Virus record (IMG/VR): IMGVR_UViG_3300045988_042791
Coordinates: 1-39,227 of that record
Direction: 5' to 3' (one strand)
Length of the DNA: 39,227 nt
From: a virus
Both the position numbers and the translations under genes were made by a program. Numbering within the stretch: position 1 is the first letter of the stretch; every line of letters starts with the position of its first letter. Shown one piece after another: positions 6,125 to 15,639 of the stretch. The notes under the pieces were generated by a model, which saw nothing but the letters and a program-made list of their open reading frames with translations, searched no databases and was not told the DNA's origin.

Positions 6125-6427
6125 TTAGTCGGCGGCGGTCATCGTGTCGATACGAGTAACCGCCTTCAATTCGTCCAAGGTGAGGGTGCGGCCGAGATTC
6201 GTCTTCACGTCCGTCAACGTGACGGACGTGCCGGAATCGTCGAACGTGGCGAGCACGCCACGCTGGTAGTCGCGCCACGATTCGGCGGTGCCGTCAGCGC
6301 TGGAAAACTCCAATCCCAAACGGCACAATTCCGCTCGCACCGACTCCTTCGGCGGACGCAAATCAAGCACGCCAGACAGCTCGGCAGGCGTGGTATCGGT
6401 AGTGGTCTCAGTGGTCACATCGGCCAT
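6125..6427 (-). CDS. Hypothetical protein (100 aa, acidic, Thr-rich N-terminus)
   Basis: The ATG at 6427 is preceded by AAGGAG. The longer ORF-track start lacks an RBS. Confidence 0.6.
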   Translation of the reverse strand: MADVTTETTTDTTPAELSGVLDLRPPKESVRAELCRLGLEFSSADGTAESWRDYQRGVLATFDDSGTSVTLTDVKTNLGRTLTLDELKAVTRIDTMTAAD

Positions 6428-6438
6428 AATCAATCTCC

Positions 6439-7023
6439 TTATTGTTGGTTGTTTTGAGGTCGTGGCATGAGGGATTGGTAAAATCTCTCCTCGCACTCGT
6501 CCAGATTTGATTGACTGGACTCGTCATTGAGGAAATCGTCCAATCCCTCAATGTCCTTGGTCACGGTCACGTCAATGCCACTCGACGGCTCCTCATCGGA
6601 GTCATCAGCCGCCAGTGTGGCAATGAGATTCGCGTCCGTCTCATTCGACATGACCGGCAGGTTCATGCCCTCACGCGCCTTATTCCGCGCGGCGGTAAGC
6701 GGGTCATTCAACACTTCCCCATCAGCCGCAAGCATGCTCACGCCGGTGGCGGAATCATTCAGCGCCGATTCAAGCGCCTCATACGCGCCTGTCCATACGC
6801 CGCGCCCCGTTTTCGGGTCGTACCGGCTCGTGTCCTCCTTGCCCTGCATGATTGCGGCGATCGCTTCACGGGTCGAAGCAAGGCCGAGCAGCGCCTTCCA
6901 CGAGACGAGCACGTCGATCGTGAACACGAAACTGTCCGACCCGTTTATGGGCGGATTGCAGCGGATAATGCAAAGCCCACTGTTCTCATCCGTTTCGAAA
7001 GTCGCAGACAAGATTTCCTCCAA
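6439..7023 (-). CDS. Hypothetical acidic protein downstream of the fibre gene (possible fibre assembly or accessory protein)
   Basis: 194 aa. Abuts the stop of the 1629-aa tail gene. No motif recognised. Confidence 0.7.
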   Translation of the reverse strand: MEEILSATFETDENSGLCIIRCNPPINGSDSFVFTIDVLVSWKALLGLASTREAIAAIMQGKEDTSRYDPKTGRGVWTGAYEALESALNDSATGVSMLAADGEVLNDPLTAARNKAREGMNLPVMSNETDANLIATLAADDSDEEPSSGIDVTVTKDIEGLDDFLNDESSQSNLDECEERFYQSLMPRPQNNQQ

Positions 7024-10000
7024 TCACTTGACCAAATAAGCCAGGAATTCCGCGTAAACATCCACCGGGCAAGGCTGGTCGGCGTTATACAGCTTCAATG
7101 TGAAGCCGCTCTGGCCGCCCGTGTTCATCGGGTGCGCGATGATGCCCGCCCATTGTGAATCCGCGTTCGCGACGACGTAATAGTGGCCGTATTTCGTCGG
7201 GCTGAACGTGCAATCGACTTGCATGGAAGCGCCGGTCGCAATCTTCGAGCCGGGATTCGGATACCACGCCTTCCACGCAGCCTGGGCATGGAACGTAAAA
7301 CGGTTCGCGATGCCGCCAAGATAGCCGCCGAGATACACGTATCCGGTGCCGATGTTCGCGCCGACTCCGACCTCGCCGTTCGCGTCTTGCGCTTCGAGCC
7401 AGCACTCCGAACCGTTCGCGCTATCGCCGGACAGAGTGAGGAAAGCGCTGCTTTTCTTGCTCTCGTCCGCCTCGTCGTAATCCGTGTTCGCCACGGCATG
7501 CACTCTGGATGTGACGCCGCCGCTGCCGGTACCGCCTTTCTTGCGCGGCTTCGATCTGAGAGACATGAACGCGGCAGGGTCGTTCTTGCTCACGTGTCCG
7601 CTCCACAAGTCCAGTTCGCCCATCGCGCCGACCTGATTCGACTGGATGACAGAAGCGATGGCCGGATGCGAAAAGTAGGCGGTGGACCCGTTGTAAGCGG
7701 GGAATTCGATGCCATCACCGGTGAAAGTCTCAGATCCGCCGATGATGTAGGTCTGATAATCCGGGCTGATGCGCACCCTGTGCCCGCTCGTGCGGGTTTG
7801 GAACGTGCCAGTCAGCAGATTCGACTTGCCTTCGCCGTCAAGATAGACGGTGCGATTGTGGTTGCTGTCCCACATTTGCAATGCGGTGCCGTTGAGCTTC
7901 ATGCCGGTGTTCTCGGCCTCGGAGCTTTGGAAGACGGCGCCTGTAAAGACGTAGCCTTTGAACTGGCCTGCCGCCACCTTGTCGGACGTGATGGTGCCAG
8001 CCGCGATCTTGACGGCCGTCACACTGTTTGCCGCGAGCTTGTCGGCGGTGATGGCACCAGTGACAATCTTGGACGCATTGACCGAATTAGCAGCCAATTT
8101 ATCCGCGTCCACCGCGCCAGCCGCCAAGGCAGCAGTGGTCACGGCATTAGCCGCAATCTCTCCGGCCTGAATCTTGTGGACGGTGAGCAGCGCCACGGTC
8201 ATATCCTCCGTGACCTTCAGCTTGCCCGTGGTCACGGAATTGGCTGCAATCTTGTCGGACGTGATGGCCAGTGCGACGATATTCCGCGCCTGCACCGAAT
8301 CAGCCGCCAATTTGCCAGCGGTCACCGCATCGGAAACCAGCTTCTCGGTCGTGACCGAGTTTGCCGCCAGCTTGTCCGCCGTGATGACATTGGCCTTGAC
8401 CTTTTCGGCGGTCACGGAATCCACGGCGAGATGCTTCGCGGCCACCGTGCCAGCAGCGAGGATGTTGTTCGCCACGAGGTCGAATGGCTCGAATCTCGTA
8501 CCGTCCCACGTCAGGACTTCCACCACACGATCGGACAAGGGCACCAAGACGCTCGGACTGTTGTTCGGAGCGCCCTGCCAGTAGGTGTAGAAGTCGGCCA
8601 AGAGGCTCGGTGAGTTGTTTTTCTCGCCTTTCCACCTCGTCCAATACTTCTGCGTGCGCCACCACATGTCACCCGGCTTCAAACCATCATGATTCGGTTC
8701 GTCCGGGCCACGGTAGATGAGATTCTTTCCGTCAGCAGTGGTCTGCGCCTTCTTCGCGGCGGCCTGCGCCTGATTCGCCTGCGCGGCGGCGTTGGCGGCT
8801 GTGGTCTGAGCCTTGTCAGCCGTTGATTGCGCCGTCTGCGCGGCAGCATGTGCCTTGACAGCGGCGTTGGCGGCATCGGTGGCCGCCTTGTCCGTCACCG
8901 CCACCCATGTGCTGCCGTTCCACCGTTTCGGCGTGTTAGCGCCACCGGTGGTGTCGATCCACAAGGTAGTCGGCTTGCGCATCGAAGCGTCCGGCGCAGT
9001 GGACTGGATGAGCACGTCGGCCTTGCCGTTAGCCACGCCAGCGGCGGCGGCAGCAGCCGTATTCGCCTTCCTCGCGGCATTGGCCGCGTCCGTGGCGGAC
9101 TGTGCCGCACTGTCGGCGGTGGCTTTCGCCTGCGTGGCCACACTCGACGCATTCGAGGCGGTGGCCTTGGCGTTGGCCGCATCGGTCTTCGCGGTGGAAG
9201 CGTCCGATTTGGCGGCATTGGCCGAAGCATTGGCCGTGTTCGCCAGTGTCTCGGCATTGCCAGCGGTCTTCTTCGCGCTCTCGGCGGCGGTCTGCGCGGC
9301 GTCGGCGGCGCTCTTCGCCTGACCTGCGGTCGCGGTCGCGCTCTTGGCGGCAGCGGTAGCCGCATTGGCGGTATCCTGCGCGGTCTTCGCCGCACCATTG
9401 GCCGTGTCAGCTGTGCCTTGAGCGTTCTTGGCGGCGGCAGCGGCATTCTCGGCGGTCTTCTTGGCGTCGGTGGTCTTCGCGGCGTTATCCGCGATGTCGG
9501 ACTTCGCCTGAGCGATTTCGTCGGCATTGCGCTCCACGTCGGCATAGCCCATGTGGTTCCACGCGGAGCCATCCCAGACAAGCGTCTCAATCACGCGATC
9601 CGACAGCGGCACGAGCGCGGAAGGAGAATTATTGGCTTCGCCCTGCCAGTAGGTGTAGAAGTCGGCCAAGAGGCTCGGGCTGTTGTTTTTCTCGCCTTTC
9701 CACCTCGTCCAATATTTCTGCGTCTTGAGCCACAGGTCGCCGACGATCAGATTGTCCTTCGGCTCGTCAGGCCCACGGAAAGTGTGATTCTTTGAGTGGG
9801 CTTCGGCATACGCTTGAGCCGCCGACTCCTTCGCCTTGCTGATCTCGCCATTCGCGGTGGTCAGGTCGCTCTTGGTCTGCGCGATATCCTTCCGGGCCTG
9901 CGTCAGGTCGGTCTTGGCTTGAGCGAGCGTCTGATTCGCCGCGTCGAGATTAGACTTGTTGGCTTGGATGTCCTTCTGCGCCTGCGTCAGCTTCGCCGCA

Positions 10001-11913
10001 TTGTCCTTCAACGCCGTCTGATTGTCAGCCAAATCCTTTTGAATCTGCTTGACCTCATCAGGCGAGACGGCGGAAGCCACGGTCACAGTGGCAATCGCAG
10101 ACCAGTCAGACTTATTGCCAGCATGGTCCACGGAGCGCAGCGCATAAGAGTGCTGTGAGCCAGCCGTCAAACCGGTGACGACGTAAGCGCCCTGCCCCGA
10201 CTGATTGGCGCTGATGACCTGCATTCCAGCGGCATTGACGCCCTCGCACACCTCGATATGGTCGAAATCCGATTCCATCGACGCGCCAGTGGATGTCTTG
10301 CCGTCCCAGTGGACGGTCACCACGCCTAGCTTGGATGAGACTGTCGGCTTGGAGGGCACTGAGCACGGCGTCGTATCGGATTCGACGGTGGCCACGACGA
10401 TGCTCGACCATTCGCCAAGCTTGTCCGAATACGTCGGCACAGCCCTGACGCGCACCTCGATTTGTGTGCCACAGTCAAGACCGCCGAAGCCGAGCTGCGT
10501 CTTATCGGTCGTGCCCGCCGAATGCCACGGCGCACCATCCACATGCTTGCGCCACTCGATGGCGTAATTGCTGATTTCGATGGCCGTGTTATTCGTGGCT
10601 TCGGTCACAGCAGACCACATGGCGGTGGCCAAGCCGTGTGCGAAACCGTCCGAGCCAATGTAGGCGTCGGTCTGCACGACCAGACCCTGCGGCGCCTTCG
10701 GCACGCGATGATCATGGTCAGTGGAGACAGTGGTTCCGCTCTCACTGCCGGCCAATGCCGCGCCACCGGTGATGCCCTTGATTTTCTTCGCCTGACGCAC
10801 CGAAGCGTCATACTTAATATCATTCAGAGCGATTGAGCAGGATAGGCCCTCGTTCTGGCGCATGCTCAGGTCGATTTCCTGCACGCGCACCTTCTCGCCG
10901 TGAGCCACGGTAGGGGCGGTAATCCAGTCACCGGCGTGATAGTCAATGAGCGGCAGATTATCCACATTCGCGGTCACCAGATCGCGCGTGTACTGGCCAC
11001 GCACTCGCGCCGCGTCATCCAAAGTGCTCTGCATGAATGCCTGGGCGGTGTCCTTATCTGACACGCCGCCCTGGCTGCTGTAGCTTTCCCACTTGCCCCA
11101 CGGAGTCGGCGCGGCCGGATTATCCATGCGGAAGAGCAGGTTATTGTCTCCCTCGACGAGGATGGTGGACGCGAGGTCAGCGATGGACTCCTCGAAGGGT
11201 GCTTCGCTGATGTCACGCGCAAGCTGCAGCACAATACTCTTGCTCAGGTCGCGGCTCAAGGCGGTGCTGTCGGCATTCCACAGCTTGAGCGTCCTGCCGG
11301 ACGTGCGCCAGTCGCAGCCGCCACCATTGACGAGAGCACTCAGGATGGTCTGCAGATCCGTGCCAAGAGAATAATAGAGCGTGTACTTTTTCGCCCATGC
11401 CGCGCCGCCTGCGTCCTTGGCGGTGCCGAAGCCCAAGGTCAGACCAGTGGCCACGCCACCACGCGCCCGGTTTTCGTCAAGCAGGGTCTTGAGAATCGTG
11501 CCCGGATTGGACGAATAAAATGGCCTTTTACCCTTGTTATCGCCATCGGCGATGAGGTGCGAGGAATCATTGTTTTCCGCCTTTGACAGCAGCCAGCCAA
11601 TCGACTGGCCACTGTAGGTGACGGTCTTGGTGCGGTCATCCGTCTTACCGGAGCGGCCCGTGATGACGAATCGCGCATTATCCGGCTCCCTGAAGCCACT
11701 ACCGTCCGAGACTTCCACTGCCACTTCGAGGCCGTCCGTAAGCTCGCGGTCGAAAGCCTGAGCGTCACCGGACAGCAGCGAGTATTCGATGCTGATTGCG
11801 CCATCATCATTGTGGAGCATGGACGCGCTGAAGCTCACCGGCTCGGCCAGCACACCGAGTCGGTCACCGAATGGACGATAGGCCACGAGACGCGCGTGCA
11901 AAGTCTTTGCCAT
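7024..11913 (-). CDS. Tal-like tail tip/fibre protein (1629 aa) with FN3-like, Ala-rich coiled-coil, duplicated module and fibre-repeat regions
   Basis: Positioned after Dit. Long Ala/Thr/Gln coiled-coil tracts. ANSVT-x-x-K(L/I) fibre-type repeats. An internal 75-aa module is present twice. Confidence 0.9.
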   Translation of the reverse strand: MAKTLHARLVAYRPFGDRLGVLAEPVSFSASMLHNDDGAISIEYSLLSGDAQAFDRELTDGLEVAVEVSDGSGFREPDNARFVITGRSGKTDDRTKTVTYSGQSIGWLLSKAENNDSSHLIADGDNKGKRPFYSSNPGTILKTLLDENRARGGVATGLTLGFGTAKDAGGAAWAKKYTLYYSLGTDLQTILSALVNGGGCDWRTSGRTLKLWNADSTALSRDLSKSIVLQLARDISEAPFEESIADLASTILVEGDNNLLFRMDNPAAPTPWGKWESYSSQGGVSDKDTAQAFMQSTLDDAARVRGQYTRDLVTANVDNLPLIDYHAGDWITAPTVAHGEKVRVQEIDLSMRQNEGLSCSIALNDIKYDASVRQAKKIKGITGGAALAGSESGTTVSTDHDHRVPKAPQGLVVQTDAYIGSDGFAHGLATAMWSAVTEATNNTAIEISNYAIEWRKHVDGAPWHSAGTTDKTQLGFGGLDCGTQIEVRVRAVPTYSDKLGEWSSIVVATVESDTTPCSVPSKPTVSSKLGVVTVHWDGKTSTGASMESDFDHIEVCEGVNAAGMQVISANQSGQGAYVVTGLTAGSQHSYALRSVDHAGNKSDWSAIATVTVASAVSPDEVKQIQKDLADNQTALKDNAAKLTQAQKDIQANKSNLDAANQTLAQAKTDLTQARKDIAQTKSDLTTANGEISKAKESAAQAYAEAHSKNHTFRGPDEPKDNLIVGDLWLKTQKYWTRWKGEKNNSPSLLADFYTYWQGEANNSPSALVPLSDRVIETLVWDGSAWNHMGYADVERNADEIAQAKSDIADNAAKTTDAKKTAENAAAAAKNAQGTADTANGAAKTAQDTANAATAAAKSATATAGQAKSAADAAQTAAESAKKTAGNAETLANTANASANAAKSDASTAKTDAANAKATASNASSVATQAKATADSAAQSATDAANAARKANTAAAAAAGVANGKADVLIQSTAPDASMRKPTTLWIDTTGGANTPKRWNGSTWVAVTDKAATDAANAAVKAHAAAQTAQSTADKAQTTAANAAAQANQAQAAAKKAQTTADGKNLIYRGPDEPNHDGLKPGDMWWRTQKYWTRWKGEKNNSPSLLADFYTYWQGAPNNSPSVLVPLSDRVVEVLTWDGTRFEPFDLVANNILAAGTVAAKHLAVDSVTAEKVKANVITADKLAANSVTTEKLVSDAVTAGKLAADSVQARNIVALAITSDKIAANSVTTGKLKVTEDMTVALLTVHKIQAGEIAANAVTTAALAAGAVDADKLAANSVNASKIVTGAITADKLAANSVTAVKIAAGTITSDKVAAGQFKGYVFTGAVFQSSEAENTGMKLNGTALQMWDSNHNRTVYLDGEGKSNLLTGTFQTRTSGHRVRISPDYQTYIIGGSETFTGDGIEFPAYNGSTAYFSHPAIASVIQSNQVGAMGELDLWSGHVSKNDPAAFMSLRSKPRKKGGTGSGGVTSRVHAVANTDYDEADESKKSSAFLTLSGDSANGSECWLEAQDANGEVGVGANIGTGYVYLGGYLGGIANRFTFHAQAAWKAWYPNPGSKIATGASMQVDCTFSPTKYGHYYVVANADSQWAGIIAHPMNTGGQSGFTLKLYNADQPCPVDVYAEFLAYLVK
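8571..8655. repeat. Copy 1 of an 85-bp near-identical direct repeat inside the Tal gene
   Basis: Matches 9639-9723 with 4 mismatches. The offset is exactly 1068 bp (356 codons). Confidence 0.85.
9639..9723. repeat. Copy 2 of the 85-bp direct repeat inside the Tal gene
   Basis: See 8571-8655. Both copies encode KYWTRWKGEKNNSPSLLADFYTYWQG. Confidence 0.85.
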
Positions 11914-11916
11914 GAA

Positions 11917-12822
11917 TCACTCCCAGGATTGCAAAAACCGGCAGACCACCTTGTCGGCGCTGCCGGTCTGTTTGATTGCGAGGCGATAATCGCCAGAATC
12001 GATCGCGGGCCACACTTGCAATGGATCCGTGGTCCAGTCGATGCCATTCGACGCATCCGTACCACCGGACCATGCGTCGGCATTGGCCGCCGTCCACGCC
12101 TTGCGATTAGCCACATCGACGAAAAGATAAGGACGCGAGGCGTCACGTTTGCCGCCCCACAGCAGATTCGTGCCACTCACCGGGTCACTGATGGTCACAC
12201 CAGTGACTGCGCCGAAACGCAAGACCAGTATGCCGATTGGCGCATTGGACAGCCAGCCGTCCGGCATGATGTCGAAAAGCTCGGAAGGACTGGCGTTAGG
12301 CAATCCCTGCCAGCGCGTCCAATACCCCTTGCTACTCGGCTTGGAGACCCCGCCCGGCAGCAGCCTGCCGCCCGACGCGGCCAACGTCGCCTCCTGCCAC
12401 TGCACGCCACGCCAAAACACGTCCGGCAATTGGAAAACTGCGGTCATGACACGCAGGTCGCTGGACGGCCTCTCATCATCGTCCGGCTCGCAGGACGTGC
12501 ACACGACGCGAGTGACCATGCTGCGCGAATAGCCGCTCTCCGTTGTCTCCGTTCTGCCGAGCGTGAGCTTCGCGGCAGACAGGCACATGGCACGGAAACG
12601 CGCGATCAGCGAATCGGAATCAGCACCCCACGCCGCGACCTTGACTGTCAGCTCCGGAGCATCCAACACCGGAATGGACGAGCCGACGATGACGCCATGC
12701 CGTCCAGGCACCTGCACGGTGTCCACGATCGGCGACAGCGCCGTGTAGTGCGTCGTGCCTACAAGCACGCGCATCCGCTCGGAATCGAGCGGCTGGCCGT
12801 TGAGAGAATAGCTGACCTTCAT
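11917..12822 (-). CDS. Distal tail protein (Dit)-like baseplate protein
   Basis: 301 aa. Positioned between the tape measure and Tal, as in siphophages. Confidence 0.7.
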   Translation of the reverse strand: MKVSYSLNGQPLDSERMRVLVGTTHYTALSPIVDTVQVPGRHGVIVGSSIPVLDAPELTVKVAAWGADSDSLIARFRAMCLSAAKLTLGRTETTESGYSRSMVTRVVCTSCEPDDDERPSSDLRVMTAVFQLPDVFWRGVQWQEATLAASGGRLLPGGVSKPSSKGYWTRWQGLPNASPSELFDIMPDGWLSNAPIGILVLRFGAVTGVTISDPVSGTNLLWGGKRDASRPYLFVDVANRKAWTAANADAWSGGTDASNGIDWTTDPLQVWPAIDSGDYRLAIKQTGSADKVVCRFLQSWE

Positions 12823-12837
12823 CCGGATTCCTTCCGA

Positions 12838-15615
12838 TTACCATTGCGGCATGGCCGCTGTCTGCAGCTTCTGCTGCGTGGAAATGCTCGTCGGCGCGAT
12901 GGCCGGATAGTTGAACGTCTGCGTGATGTTCGTCACGCTCCCCCCATTGCCGTAGGAGGCAGCGTTAACGCCACGCGAGGCGTTGGCGACGCCGACGGAA
13001 TACGAGGCGTCCTGCGAAGGTAGAATGCCAGTCAATCGTCCGGCAGCCTTCCTCACCTTCGACGCGCTCTCGTCGATGCCGACCGCCATGCCCTCGCCGA
13101 TCATCTCACCGACCTGATCGCGGAACACGCGTGACGGAGAATGGATGCCAAGCTTGCGTTTCACCCAATCCAACGCGTTCGTGGCCGCGTTGACTGCGGC
13201 GGTCACGAGTCTGCCTGCCGCGCCTGCGATGCCGGTCGCGATACCCGTGATGATATTCAGGCCGACGCTCCCCCAGTTAACCGATGTGAAACCGCGCATG
13301 ATCTGGCCGACCATGCCGGGGATGGCGCCGATAAGCCGTGGAACCGACGAAATGAAACCGTTGGCCAGTGCGAAGAGCAGCTGTACGCCAGCCTGCAGGA
13401 TCTGCGGGAGACGATTGATGATGCCACCGACCAGTTGTCCGATAAGGATCGGAGCCTTGCCTACCAAGTCCGGCATGGCGTTGATGAGGCCCTGCGCCAG
13501 TCCGAGGATAAGCTTCAAACCGCTGTCGATGATCTGCGGCAGGTTGTTGAGGATGCCTTGCACGAGGTTAAGGACGGCGTTGATGCCGATAGGGATGAGC
13601 TGCGGCAACTGGGCCGACAATCCATCCAGCAGCGTCGTCAGCACGGTCACCGCCGTGGACGCGATCTGAGGCAATGCCTGCACGATGCCCTGCAAGAGGT
13701 TCGTGACCATCGTCAATCCGGTTTGCAAAAACGACGGCAGGGTCGACGTGACCCACAATTGGAACTGGGCGAGCAGCTGGGGCAGGCTCGTCGAGATCCA
13801 TGTCATCGCGCTGGTCAGCAGCATCGTGCCGAGCTGTCCCAACGCTCCGAGCACTGGCGGAAGAATCTGCATGACCAGTGCCGGCAGCGTGCTGCCCAAT
13901 GAGGAGAACAGTTGTGGCAGTGCGGCGGTGATGCCGGTGATGATCTGCGCGATGCGCGGACCCACGTTCTCGATGACCGTGCCGACCGAATCTACCAGCT
14001 GCTTGGTCAATCCGTTGATGTCGGCATTGTCCTTGCCGAGCTCCGCCAGCCAGTTCTGCCATGCGGCCTTCATCATGCCGACAGAGCCCTCGATGGTTGT
14101 CGCGGCCTCCTTGGCGGTGGTGCCGCTGATGCCCATCTGCTCCTGCATGATGTGGATCGCCTGCACCACGTCGGAGAACTTGTCGATGGACAGGTCGCCC
14201 ATCTCCCCGTTCGCCTGCTTGACCTTGTTCGCGTCCTGGATCAGACGCTCCATCTCGGATTTCGTTCCGCCGTAGCCGAGCTTCAGATTGTCGAGCATGG
14301 CGTAGTTGCCGCGCGCCAGAGACTGGTAGGTCTGCTGGATGGACTCGATGTCGGTGCCCATCTTGTTGGCGTTGTCCGACATGTCGACCATGGCGGTGTT
14401 GCCGAGTTCCGCGGCCTTCGCAGTGTCGCCGCCGAGCGAGCTGATCAGCGAGGCGGAAAAGCTCGTGACCTGCGTCATGTACTCGTTGGCGCTCACTCCG
14501 GCTGTCCGGTACGCTTCCGCCGCGTATTTCTGCACGGTGCCCGAAGCGTCCTTGAACAGCGTGTCCACGCCGCCGACGGCCTGCTCGTATGTCGCGTATG
14601 CGTCGAGAGCGCTCTTGCCGACGCCTGCCAAAGCCGCGACGGCGGTGCCAACGCCTGCAAGTCCGACAGTGGCAACACCCTTCAACGCGCCGACGGCCTT
14701 GCCAGACATGGAGCTGATCGCATTCCATGCGGTGTCGGCTCCGCTTTTGAGCTTGGAGCCTATCGCAGACGCGACACTGCCGGCGGCTCCGGGAATCTGC
14801 GAAAGCACGCCGCCGACCGCGCCGCCGACGTTGCCGAGATAGCCGCCGATGGCATTGCTGACGTTTTTGAAAGGCGCTGGGATCCTTGCCGCGATGGCCG
14901 AGCTCATCGCGGAGAACTTCGCAGACAATGGCGCGGTAAGACGTGACGCGGTGGATTGCATGGCAGCGCCGGCAGCGCTCATGCCGTCGCGGGCTTTCGT
15001 GGCGATGCCGGAGAACGCCGACGTTGCCGCGTTTTTGACCCGTCCGAACGCGCCGGAGACCGGCTGGATTATCGCCGAACCAAGATTCTTGAACGCCGAT
15101 CCAAGCGAACCACTGCTGGAAGCGAGATTGTCCTGCGCGTCCTTGAGCGCCTTCTGCGCATCCTTCAACCGGTTCTCGGCCTGCGTCGCCCGGTCGGTCA
15201 TGGTGGACAGCTTCAGCCGCGCCTGTTCGAGTCTGATGGTCGCGGCCTCGGCCTGCGTGCTGCCCTCGCCGTGCTTGGCGACGGCATTGGCGACGCTTTC
15301 CTCGGCGGCACGCACCTGATTCGCCGCGGCCTTCTGCTGGAGCATGGACTGACGGTATGCGGCCGTGGATTTCGCCACGTCACGCTCATAGGATTTCAGC
15401 ACGTCCGCGCCGAACGCGTTCGCCGACTGTTTGAACCCGTTTTTGAACGCGCGTCCGAACAGTCCGCCGCTTTTGCCGCCGTTCATGCTCGAATCGAAGG
15501 TCTTCGACGCGGCCTTGCCGCTCGCGCCGACCTCCTTGTTGACCGTGCTGCGGAAACCCTTCATGGAAGGGAACACGCTGATATGCGCGGAACCAAGTTC
15601 GCTGCCGAACGCCAT
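12838..15615 (-). CDS. Tape measure protein
   Basis: 925 aa. Ala/Gly-rich helical protein with hydrophobic central repeats. Lies downstream of the G/G-T chaperones. Confidence 0.9.
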   Translation of the reverse strand: MAFGSELGSAHISVFPSMKGFRSTVNKEVGASGKAASKTFDSSMNGGKSGGLFGRAFKNGFKQSANAFGADVLKSYERDVAKSTAAYRQSMLQQKAAANQVRAAEESVANAVAKHGEGSTQAEAATIRLEQARLKLSTMTDRATQAENRLKDAQKALKDAQDNLASSSGSLGSAFKNLGSAIIQPVSGAFGRVKNAATSAFSGIATKARDGMSAAGAAMQSTASRLTAPLSAKFSAMSSAIAARIPAPFKNVSNAIGGYLGNVGGAVGGVLSQIPGAAGSVASAIGSKLKSGADTAWNAISSMSGKAVGALKGVATVGLAGVGTAVAALAGVGKSALDAYATYEQAVGGVDTLFKDASGTVQKYAAEAYRTAGVSANEYMTQVTSFSASLISSLGGDTAKAAELGNTAMVDMSDNANKMGTDIESIQQTYQSLARGNYAMLDNLKLGYGGTKSEMERLIQDANKVKQANGEMGDLSIDKFSDVVQAIHIMQEQMGISGTTAKEAATTIEGSVGMMKAAWQNWLAELGKDNADINGLTKQLVDSVGTVIENVGPRIAQIITGITAALPQLFSSLGSTLPALVMQILPPVLGALGQLGTMLLTSAMTWISTSLPQLLAQFQLWVTSTLPSFLQTGLTMVTNLLQGIVQALPQIASTAVTVLTTLLDGLSAQLPQLIPIGINAVLNLVQGILNNLPQIIDSGLKLILGLAQGLINAMPDLVGKAPILIGQLVGGIINRLPQILQAGVQLLFALANGFISSVPRLIGAIPGMVGQIMRGFTSVNWGSVGLNIITGIATGIAGAAGRLVTAAVNAATNALDWVKRKLGIHSPSRVFRDQVGEMIGEGMAVGIDESASKVRKAAGRLTGILPSQDASYSVGVANASRGVNAASYGNGGSVTNITQTFNYPAIAPTSISTQQKLQTAAMPQW

Positions 15616-15639
15616 GCGGAACCTCCACTATTCAGTTAT

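Noticed and set aside
7183-8613. Long plus-strand ORFs antisense to structural genes (for example 7183-8613, 8827-9795, 11812-13023, 13912-14946, 19111-21003, 21371-22717, 23578-24282)
   Set aside because: These are typical shadow ORFs of a high-GC sequence. They are Arg/Gly/His-rich, have no RBS, and each is fully overlapped by a recognisable phage gene on the minus strand.
8571-9723. Diversity-generating retroelement (template/variable repeat pair) in the fibre gene
   Set aside because: No reverse transcriptase ORF occurs anywhere in the window. The four mismatches between copies are not adenine-specific.
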